Program-made: the position numbers and the translations under genes
Shown here: one piece after another, positions 32,564-40,280 of the stretch
Numbering within the stretch: position 1 is the first letter of the stretch
Layout of the letters: each line of letters starts with the position of its first letter
Notes under the pieces: model-generated
Databases searched by the model: none
What the model was told of the DNA's origin: nothing
Seen by the model: only the letters and a program-made list of their open reading frames with translations
DNA from: an uncultured Acidobacteriota bacterium
GTDB taxonomy: Bacteria; Acidobacteriota; Vicinamibacteria; Marinacidobacterales; SMYC01
NCBI GenBank assembly: GCA_963815675.1
Contig: CAWFHP010000006.1
Coordinates: 448,360-512,359, forward strand
DNA: 64,000 bases
Direction: 5' to 3'

Positions 32564-33329
32564 TCAATTCGTTTGCTCTTCCTTGGTCTTGCTCGTTACC
32601 TGCGCCGGCCCGAGCTCCTTCGCGGACTCGGCCACCGGAGTGGTCTCGGGCGACTTCAAACCCAGCTCGACCTCGTAGTCGGTGAGCGCTTGCTCGGCCA
32701 GCGCCTGCTCCATTTTCTCCTCGGCCTGGATCTCGGCGACCCCTTTCTCGGAGAGATCGACGGCGACCCGGGTCTTGCCGCGGTTCTTGTCGATTTTCTC
32801 CTGGATGACGGTCTCGAGCTGACCGAAATCGGTCGTGACGTTCATGTCGAAGCTCTCGGCGAGTGCCGCGATCTCGGCTTCGGCGGCAGCTCATCTTCAG
32901 CTCGGCGTCATATTTCTGTATCTTTTGCCTGACGTCGACGAGCTTGGAATTGGCGTGCTTGATCTTCTTCAGGTTGTTCTCGTACGCCATCTCGTGCATC
33001 TTGAGCTGCTCTTCGTTGGACACCAGCTCCTTTTGCGCCTTCTGGAGCTCCAGGGCGAACTTCGCCGCCGTCGGCCGATCGCCGGCTTTGAGGTAGGCCT
33101 TCGTCTCCGCCTCGAGCTTCTGGACGTGCTCGCGGTTGGTATCGACTTGACGGGTGACCCGCTCCACCAGGCCGCGGTACTGCTCGAGTCCGCGCCGCCC
33201 TTCCTTGAGCTGTTCGACGGCGAGGTCGTACTCGTACTGCATCTGGGCGATGGGGTCCGCTTCCCAAAAGAGGTTGGCGAGCTGGTTCAGCTGGGCGCGA
33301 AAAGCGGCCCAGATCTTTCCGAAAATCAT
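32564..33329 (-). CDS. pspA: PspA/IM30/Vipp1-family (bacterial ESCRT-III-like) protein; apparent frame change near 32895
   Basis: N-terminus MIFGKIWAAFRAQLNQLANLFWEADPIAQMQYEYDLAVEQLKEG... is canonical PspA. The C-terminal helices continue in ORF 32564..32845 after a 1-bp frame break. Confidence 0.75.
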
Positions 33330-33537
33330 CGACGTGTCTCCTTCATCCCGCGCAACTGTCGTTCATCGGTCTCACCGGCGTTACCTTCCTCGGCGAGGAG
33401 TCTCGTCCGGATAGATGTCGTCGAGCGGCCCGGGTGAGCTCGACGCGGCTGGAGAAATGGGAGCCGGGCGTCGTTTCGGACGCGGTTCGATTTCGGGCTG
33501 CTGAGGAGCGGGATCACGCGCTGCCGCTTCCAAACAA

Positions 33538-33580
33538 TCGTAACGGGGACGGGCGTAACGGGCGTAACGGGCGTAACGGG
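33538..33580. repeat. Tandem 9-bp repeat (GGCGTAACG x3 perfect, plus one imperfect copy) in the divergent pspA/kinase intergenic region
   Basis: Read directly: tcgtaacggggacgg gcgtaacgg gcgtaacgg gcgtaacgg. Located ~210 bp upstream of the pspA start. Confidence 0.9.
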
Positions 33581-33848
33581 ATCGAAAGTCGACCAAGGGC
33601 CAGCGAGAACCGGTTGATACCTGCCGCGACGGTTCGCGCGCGCTCGACGTGGAGTAAAAGCAGGGCGCGCCGAAGCTCTCATCCGACTGAAAATCCGAGT
33701 GTAGCATACTCCCCGGGCCTCGGCCTATCGAGGGATCCGCCCCCGCGGGACCGAGACGGAAAGCCGTCTTACCTCGCGGAATCGGGTCAAATCACGGAGT
33801 GGAACGGCTCACACATATCAAGTCGGGGGTAGAATAGGAACCGCCGTC

Positions 33849-34571
33849 GTGAAAGACATCGAATCGTTCGACCTCGTGCCGGGGCGAACCCTGGCGCGCA
33901 AGTACGAGATCGTTTCCCGCCTCGGCGGCGGGTGGGAAGGCGAGGTGTACCGCATTCGGGAGAAGAGGACGGGGATCGAGCGCGCCGCGAAGCTCTTCTT
34001 TCCCCAGCGCAACCTCCGGAACAAGGCGGCGAAATTCTACGCCCGCAAGCTCCACAAGCTCCGGGACTGTCCCATCGTCATCCACTACCACACCGAGGAG
34101 ACCGTTCTCCTCCGCAGAATGCCGATCACGGTGCTCGTTTCGGAGTACGTGGAGGGGGAGCTTCTCGACGACTTCCTCGCGCGGCAACCGGGCGGAAGAC
34201 TCCATCCGTTCCAGGCGGTTCACCTGCTCTACGCACTCGTCAAGGGCGTCGAGTGTATCCATCGCCTTCGCGAGTACCACGGCGATCTCCATCCGGGAAA
34301 CGTGATCGTCGAGCGATACGGCCTCCGCTTCGATCTCAAGATTCTGGACTTCTTTCACTGGGAATCCGCCCCCAAACGAGAAGGACTTCAGGACGACATC
34401 GTTTTTCTCATCCGGATCTTCTATGACGCACTCGGGGGCGCGCGCTTCTACACGCGCCAGCCCCGACAAGTGAAACAGATTTGCTGCGGTCTCAAGCGCT
34501 CACTGATTCTCCGGCGCTTTCCCAGCGTGACTCAGCTGATGCAGCACCTGGAACTGCTGCGATGGGATTGA
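33849..34571 (+). CDS. Small atypical protein kinase (PKL fold; Kdo/RIO/eukaryotic-like catalytic loop HGDLHPGNVIV)
   Basis: 240 aa with a lysine in the ERAAK motif, catalytic YHGDLHPGNVIV and DFF (DFG-like). Confidence 0.65.
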   Translation: MKDIESFDLVPGRTLARKYEIVSRLGGGWEGEVYRIREKRTGIERAAKLFFPQRNLRNKAAKFYARKLHKLRDCPIVIHYHTEETVLLRRMPITVLVSEYVEGELLDDFLARQPGGRLHPFQAVHLLYALVKGVECIHRLREYHGDLHPGNVIVERYGLRFDLKILDFFHWESAPKREGLQDDIVFLIRIFYDALGGARFYTRQPRQVKQICCGLKRSLILRRFPSVTQLMQHLELLRWD

Positions 34572-35461
34572 GGGCGAAGTCCGGGAAGCCCGAGGAGCTC
34601 GATTCCGGCGCATTCCGCCTCTTCGTGGAGCAGGAGCTTCTCGACTCCGCACGATACTTCGTCGGCAACGGCGAGGTGGCGGTCTATTCCCGGCGCAGCC
34701 CGTCAGGAGGATCTCCCAACGAGGATGCGGCGATCCTCGTTTCCACCGGAGATGAAGGGGCAGTGCTCGCGGTGGCGGACGGCCTCGGCGGCGCGCCGGC
34801 GGGGGACAAGGCGTCGTCCATCGCGGTTGCCTGTCTCTCCGAAGCGGTCCTCGCCGCCTCACGAGACGCCCGAGAAATCCGGGCGGGCATCCTCGACGGG
34901 TTCGACCGCGCGAACGCCGAGGTGCACGCGCTCGGTGTCGGCGCCGGCACGACCCTGACCGTCGCGGAGGTGAACGGCTCCTCGGTGCGCGCGTATCACG
35001 TGGGCGATTCGTTTTTTCTCGTGACCGGGAATCGAGGCAGAGTCAAGGCGCAGACAATCTCTCATTCACCCGTGGGATACGGCATCGAGTCGGGGCTACT
35101 CGACCCGGAAGGAGCGATGCACCATGTCGAGCGCCATTTCGTGAGCAACGTGATCGGAAGCTCCGACATGCACATCGAGGTGGGCTCGCCGCTCGCGCTC
35201 GGACCGCGCGACACAATCGTCATCGGAAGCGACGGCCTTTCCGACAATCTTCACACCGAGGAGATCGTCGACTGCGTGCGGAAGGGCCCCCTCGCGCGTG
35301 CATGCCGCGAGCTCGGCCGCCGGGCCGGCGAACGGATGGAAGGCGGCACGGGCGAGACGCCTTCGAAACCCGACGACTTGACGTTCCTCGTCTACCGCCG
35401 CCGCCGCTCCCCTTCGACGCGCCGCCGAAACGACGCGGGATCGATGGCGGGAAAACGATAG
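34562..35461 (+). CDS. PP2C-family Ser/Thr phosphatase
   Basis: Metal-binding motifs AVADGLGG, HVGDS, GSDGLSD and a C-terminal DDLT. Overlaps the kinase gene by 10 nt. Confidence 0.8.
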   Translation: MGLRAKSGKPEELDSGAFRLFVEQELLDSARYFVGNGEVAVYSRRSPSGGSPNEDAAILVSTGDEGAVLAVADGLGGAPAGDKASSIAVACLSEAVLAASRDAREIRAGILDGFDRANAEVHALGVGAGTTLTVAEVNGSSVRAYHVGDSFFLVTGNRGRVKAQTISHSPVGYGIESGLLDPEGAMHHVERHFVSNVIGSSDMHIEVGSPLALGPRDTIVIGSDGLSDNLHTEEIVDCVRKGPLARACRELGRRAGERMEGGTGETPSKPDDLTFLVYRRRRSPSTRRRNDAGSMAGKR

Positions 35462-35917
35462 AGCTCGCCTTCGATCGCGTCGAAGAGGCGAAGGGCTCGT
35501 TCGGGCTCGAATCCACCTCTCCTCCACCATCTTCCTCACATCGGCGAGATCCTTCGCATGGCCGCGCTGGAGCTTCGAGAGCGCCTGGGCATAGAAGTCG
35601 TAGTGATAGAAGGAAACTTTCCCCTCGCGGACGATGAACCTGCTGCGGTCCCTCCATCCGGGGAGCTCGGGAATGAAGTCCGCGGGCGAGGCGAGCTCGA
35701 CGTTCACCGCGAGCTCTTCTTTCAGGCGCGGGATGGCCCGATAGAGAACGTCATTTTCAGGAACCATCTGGATGTCGAGGCCGATGGTGCTGGGGCGCCA
35801 GCCGAAGAGAACCGCGGTGACGCCACCGGTGAAGTAGACACGGGTTTCGACCTGGGCTTCGGCTCCGAGAGCCCGGATGAACTCGCGTACCCGCGGCTCG
35901 TCTACAGGCCTACTCAT
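35096..35917 (-). CDS. Putative nucleotidyltransferase-fold protein (real product probably ~150 aa; the ORF runs on into the convergent phosphatase gene)
   Basis: The N-terminal 150 aa look real and carry a minimal NTase motif (YFTGGVTAVLFGWRPSTIGLDIQ). The distal Arg-rich part overlapping 35096..35461 is probably not coding. Confidence 0.4.
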   Translation of the reverse strand: MSRPVDEPRVREFIRALGAEAQVETRVYFTGGVTAVLFGWRPSTIGLDIQMVPENDVLYRAIPRLKEELAVNVELASPADFIPELPGWRDRSRFIVREGKVSFYHYDFYAQALSKLQRGHAKDLADVRKMVEERWIRARTSPSPLRRDRRRALSFSRHRSRVVSAARRRGAAAAVDEERQVVGFRRRLARAAFHPFAGPAAELAACTREGALPHAVDDLLGVKIVGKAVASDDDCVARSERERRAHLDVHVGASDHVAHEMALDMVHRSFRVE

Positions 35918-36186
35918 TCGGCCGCGTCCTCGAAACTGACGAGACGGCGAATGAGAGCGTTATAGCGGGAGTGAGCCGGGTCCTCGTCTTCGGCCGCGAG
36001 AAGCTCGTAAAGGCGCCGCTCCGGGTCCGGGTAGGTATTGTCGGGCACGTCGACACCCGCGGCTCGCAGGCGGGAAGCGCCGATGGAGACGAGAAGCGCT
36101 TCCTCGGTCTCCTCGCTCCCTTGGAGGTCGCGAAGGCCCTTCTCGACGATGTCGCCCCGGAAGCGCCTCGTAGCCCATCGGCTCAT
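35914..36186 (-). CDS. Small hypothetical protein (90 aa), translationally coupled to the NTase-like gene
   Basis: 4-nt overlap with the downstream gene. No motif recognised. Confidence 0.4.
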   Translation of the reverse strand: MSRWATRRFRGDIVEKGLRDLQGSEETEEALLVSIGASRLRAAGVDVPDNTYPDPERRLYELLAAEDEDPAHSRYNALIRRLVSFEDAAE

Positions 36187-36242
36187 ACTAGCCCGGCGCT
36201 CCGGAATCGATATTCGAACGTCTATACTGGGCGGGATAAACG

Positions 36243-36878
36243 ATGCGAGAACCCAGGATCGTTTCGGTGAACGTGGGCACGCCCCGTGCGGTCGACTACC
36301 GCGGGAGGCACGTGACGAGCTCGATCTGGAAATTACCGGTGTCGGGGCCGGTCGCGTTTGTGGGAGTCAACCTCGAGGGAGACAATCAAGCCGATCGCAC
36401 CGTCCACGGAGGCCCCGACAAAGCCGTCTACGCCTATGCCCTCGAAGACATCCGCTTCTGGGAAGACGAGCTTGGACGCGCGCTCGAGCCGGGAACGTTC
36501 GGCGAGAACTTGACGACATCGGGAATCGACTGGTCGCGTGCTCTCATCGGACAGCGCTTGCGAGTGGGAACCGGTACGTTCGAAGTCTCGCAGCCGAGGG
36601 TGCCCTGCTGGAAGCTCGGTATGAAGATGGAAGATCCGGCGTTTCCCAAGCGCTTCACCCACGCGCAGCGCCCGGGCGCTTACCTGCGCATCATCGAGGA
36701 AGGGTCTCTCGCCGCAGAGGACGCGCTCGGAGCACTCGAGCCCCCGCGGCACGGCGTCAGTGTCGGCGACGTATTTCGCATCTTCAGCCGCGACCGGGGC
36801 GAGGCCGAGCGACTGCTCTCGGTGCCGGAGCTTTCCCAGGACTGGAAGGAATGGGCGCGCGGGCAGATCGCGCGCTAG
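36243..36878 (+). CDS. MOSC-domain protein (YiiM-like)
   Basis: Intact 211-aa ORF with the MOSC beta-barrel and a conserved cysteine (PRVPCWKL). Confidence 0.8.
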   Translation: MREPRIVSVNVGTPRAVDYRGRHVTSSIWKLPVSGPVAFVGVNLEGDNQADRTVHGGPDKAVYAYALEDIRFWEDELGRALEPGTFGENLTTSGIDWSRALIGQRLRVGTGTFEVSQPRVPCWKLGMKMEDPAFPKRFTHAQRPGAYLRIIEEGSLAAEDALGALEPPRHGVSVGDVFRIFSRDRGEAERLLSVPELSQDWKEWARGQIAR

Positions 36879-37039
36879 CCCCGACTCCAGCAGGTCCCGG
36901 CGCCATCCAAAGAGCTCCGGACATTGTCCTATAACAATCTGGCGCGGTAGGTCACGCACGGCGGCCCGCTCCTGAAGGGGACGTCTCTTTCGCTTCCACT
37001 CCGGACAAGTTGTAGTATCTGAGTGGTTTCCGCGCCCGA

Positions 37040-37450
37040 TGTGCCGACTCGCGGCTTTCGAAGAGAGTCCATTGACCATCCGCCGGCTTGTCGCAGGTAT
37101 CGGCTGGCTCGCCGTGGCTCTGCTCGGGGCCTTCGCCTTCGCCTTCGCCTTCGCCTTCGGCTCCATCGCACTCCGGCGAGGCGAGACAATCTCGTTCTTT
37201 GTGGCTCTTGACCGAGAGGCGCAGACGCCGGTTACCGTTTCTACGCCTTTTTCATCGCTCGAAGAATCTTCGGCCTCGACAATCGACGCGCGACTCCCGC
37301 CGCGCGGCTTTCCAAACGGACGCGATTACGTCCCCACCAATCGCTGGGTCCTCTTCGGAGACCACTTCGCCGCCATTGCCGGGGCCGGCCCCCTCGTCGG
37401 ACCGACCTTCGCCGCCCAGTTCGGATACTTGCTGGGAACAATCTTGGCGG
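37040..37450 (+). pseudogene. cstA (carbon starvation protein A) 5' fragment, degraded
   Basis: [44 protein letters not shown] matches the CstA N-terminus. Upstream frames carry [17 protein letters not shown] after an in-frame stop. The body of the gene is absent, and a (GCCTTC)5 repeat lies inside the remnant. Confidence 0.6.
37129..37158. repeat. (GCCTTC)5 perfect hexamer tandem repeat inside the cstA remnant
   Basis: Read directly. Encodes (AF)5. Confidence 0.9.
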
Positions 37451-37459
37451 CGGCGGCGC

Positions 37460-38192
37460 GGGAGTGGTACGTCGTCCTTGCGGGAAGAAAGCGCGCCTCC
37501 GCAACCGCCTCGGCAACGGCCGTCTTGCCAACGCCAGGCTCGCCTACCAGGATCGGATTGTTCTTGGAGCGGCGCAGCAGAATTCGGATGACGCGGGAGA
37601 CTTCCGGGTCGCGACCGATGACCGGGTCCAGACGTCCACGGGCGGCGTCCACGGTCAGGTCGCGCCCGAACCGCTTCAGGTTCGGACACCGGCGCTCGAG
37701 CGGGGAAGTCACAGACCTCTCAGCGACGTCCGCGAGAAGGACTCGGTTCCTGCTAATCCCGCGGGAGCGGAGCAGCTCGCCGCAAAGACAGTCGCTCTCG
37801 AGCACGGCCACGAACAAGTGAGTCGTAGCGAGGAACCGCGACGATTCGGCATCAGCAGCACGTGCGGCCCGTTGGAAAAGGTCGAGGACTCCGGAACCGA
37901 TCCGGGTCTCCGGGCTCGGCCGCGCCGGAATCTTTTCCAACCGGCTCTCGAGAAAGCTCGCGAGCGAAGCGACGGAGCTTCCCAGGCGCACGAGCACGCG
38001 AGAAACGATACCGTTTTGCTGCTGGCAGAGGGCGAGAAGCAGGTGATCCTCCTCAACGGTACCGTGTCCCCGCCGCACTGCGAGCGCCTGCGCGATCGAG
38101 AGCGCTTCCCGGCAGGGAGCGGTGAATCGGCTGAAGTCTATGAAATCCTGTCCTTTGGAAGTGCGGCTCGTGTCATCGCTCATCTTCGTCAT
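37460..38192 (-). pseudogene. clpB/clpC-like chaperone 5' fragment (two Clp_N repeats and the start of AAA-1, then lost)
   Basis: Clp N-domains followed by [44 protein letters not shown], after which homology stops. The fragment abuts the cstA fragment in convergent orientation. Confidence 0.6.
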
Positions 38193-38405
38193 CCTCCCGC
38201 CCCGGTTTTGTAAAGACACACGACACCCGGCGCCCATGGAAGGGCGTTCTCGCCAGCCGTCTTGTGCCTTTGATCGTTAATGCGGAAACGCGAAGCCGAT
38301 CGGCTCAAAAAAAGTATCGCGGTGAGATTTCATTGCGGAAACTGGTCGTAATCGTGGTATCAACATAGGAGGGCCTCCCCAAGGCTTCTCCGAGCGAGTG
38401 GGGTC

Positions 38406-38945
38406 GTGACGCTCGAGCCGAAAGAAGAAACACCGAAGGAACTCGACGAGGTGATGCCCCTCGTCTACCGAGAGCTCCGGCGACTCGCGGCCCGCTACCT
38501 GCGCTCGGAGCGGCCAGACCACACGCTCCAACCTACGGCGCTCGTCAACGAAGCGTACCTCTATCTCGCGGATCAGCAGGGCGTCGTTTGGCAGAACCGA
38601 GCCCACTTCATCGCCATCGCCGCCAACACCATGCGCCGCGTGCTGGTGGACCATGCCCGCGAACGGGGTGCCCTGAAACGGGGAGGGGACCGCCGGCAGG
38701 TCACTCTGTATTCCTGGATTCGGGTTGACGATCGGGACCTCGACATCCTCGCTCTAGACGAGGCTCTTACCAAGCTCGGAGTCTTCAATCCCGCCGGCTG
38801 CCGGGTAGTGGAGCTTCGGTATTTCGGGGGTCTCACCATCGACGAGACCGCTTCCCTCATGGGCTCGTCTCCCGCGACCGTCAAGCGCCAGTGGGCGGTG
38901 GTCAAAGCCTGGCTCTATCGCGAGCTGCAATCCACCGCGAGGTGA
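38406..38945 (+). CDS. ECF sigma factor of the kinase-associated subfamily
   Basis: 179 aa with sigma regions 2 and 4 (RYFGGLTIDETASLMGSSPATVKRQW). Its stop overlaps the kinase start. Confidence 0.8.
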   Translation: MTLEPKEETPKELDEVMPLVYRELRRLAARYLRSERPDHTLQPTALVNEAYLYLADQQGVVWQNRAHFIAIAANTMRRVLVDHARERGALKRGGDRRQVTLYSWIRVDDRDLDILALDEALTKLGVFNPAGCRVVELRYFGGLTIDETASLMGSSPATVKRQWAVVKAWLYRELQSTAR

Positions 38946-40243
38946 TGAGTCCTGAGCGCTGGCAGGAGGTCCAAGAGGTCTTTCGTGCCGCCCTGGTCCA
39001 CGCTCCCAACGCGCGAGAGCCCTTTCTCGAGGATCGGTGCGGCGACGATTCAGATTTGAGGCGGGAGGTCACATCGCTCCTTGCGTCCCACGAACAGGCC
39101 GGTAGCTTTCTCGACGCGCCCGCCATCGCGGTCGCCGCTGCGGAGGTCCGCACCTTCCTCCCCGATCAGATCGTCGCCGAACGATTCCGCATCGTGAGGT
39201 TTCTGGCGGAAGGAGGGATGGGAGAAGTGTACGAGGCATTCGACACCATGCAGAACGAGAGCGTCGCCCTCAAAACCATCCGGCAGACGATTCTGGATGA
39301 CGAAGAGGCCGAGCGTCGCCTGACGCGGGAGAGCGAGCTCGCGCGCAAGGTCAGACATCCTAACGTCTGTCGAACCTATGATCTCTTCCATCACACGGTG
39401 TACTCCGGTAACTTCGAAGCGCGGATCAAGTTCCTCACGATGGAGCTCCTCGGCGGCGAGAGTTTGGCCCTGCGGCTTCGGCGAGAGGGTCCGCTGACGG
39501 TTGCCCGTGCAGTTCCTATCGCGCGACAGATCGTCGAGGCGATGCGGGCGGCCCACCGCGCCGGTGTCGTCCACCGCGATCTCAAACCGGATAACATCGT
39601 CCTCGTTTCGGGCAAACGCGGCCTGCGGCCGATCGTCACCGATTTTGGTCTCGCCCGCGACAACAAAGTCTTCGAAGGGATCCCGAAGAGCGCGAGGGGA
39701 GACCTTCTCTGGATTCTCCACGGACTCCAGGCAGACGGTCTCGACTCGCGGGGAGCGCTTGCCCGTCTCGCGAAGCGGGCACGCCGACAGATGGTCGAGC
39801 TCGGCCTCGTTTCTGATGACGGCACGGCCTTGACCGAGCTCGGCCGCATCATGGGAACCCCCGCCTACATGTCGCCGGAGCAAGCGCGCGGTGACCGGGC
39901 CGACAAACGCTCCGACATCTGGTCATTCGGCGTCGTCTTCTATCAAATGCTGACCGGAAAGCTTCCCTATCGCCCCGAGAGCTCCCTTCGCAGCATCTTT
40001 CTCCGGCTCACGGGGCGGAAGCGTTCACCGGCGGCACTGGGACGAGGAGTTCCGTCTTCGTTGAGAAAGGTGATCTTTCGCTGCCTGGAGATCAACCGGC
40101 TCGACCGCTACCAGACGGCCGCCGAGTTGGTATCGGATCTCGACGACGCTGTTTCCAAGCGAGACGTCTCCCGGCTGTGGCCGTACCTCATTGCCGTCGT
40201 CCTCCTACTGCTCGCGGCGGCGCTCGCTCTCACGGTTCTCTGA
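38945..40243 (+). CDS. Ser/Thr protein kinase with a conserved N-terminal ~80-aa domain and a C-terminal TM anchor
   Basis: The N-terminus MSPERWQEVQEVF...DSDLRREVTSLLASHEQA is the motif common to ECF-paired STKs. The kinase has VALK, HRDLKPDN, DFG and APE motifs, and the C-terminus is hydrophobic (LIAVVLLLLAAALALTVL). Confidence 0.85.
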   Translation: MSPERWQEVQEVFRAALVHAPNAREPFLEDRCGDDSDLRREVTSLLASHEQAGSFLDAPAIAVAAAEVRTFLPDQIVAERFRIVRFLAEGGMGEVYEAFDTMQNESVALKTIRQTILDDEEAERRLTRESELARKVRHPNVCRTYDLFHHTVYSGNFEARIKFLTMELLGGESLALRLRREGPLTVARAVPIARQIVEAMRAAHRAGVVHRDLKPDNIVLVSGKRGLRPIVTDFGLARDNKVFEGIPKSARGDLLWILHGLQADGLDSRGALARLAKRARRQMVELGLVSDDGTALTELGRIMGTPAYMSPEQARGDRADKRSDIWSFGVVFYQMLTGKLPYRPESSLRSIFLRLTGRKRSPAALGRGVPSSLRKVIFRCLEINRLDRYQTAAELVSDLDDAVSKRDVSRLWPYLIAVVLLLLAAALALTVL

Positions 40244-40280
40244 AGATCCAGTCGTGGCGAGCAGAGCTCGCGCGCTCGCT

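Noticed and set aside
33538-33580. Possible CRISPR array
   Set aside because: The units are 9 bp with no spacers and only 4 copies, and no cas genes lie nearby. It is a simple tandem repeat.
33434-33832. Plus-strand ORF translating the 9-bp repeat as NGRNGRNGRNG
   Set aside because: Low-complexity translation of an intergenic tandem repeat. No start context or homology. Treated as regulatory DNA, not a gene.
35220-35657. Minus-strand Arg-rich ORF inside the PP2C gene region
   Set aside because: Antisense or alternate-frame artifact. The PP2C motifs on the plus strand are unambiguous.
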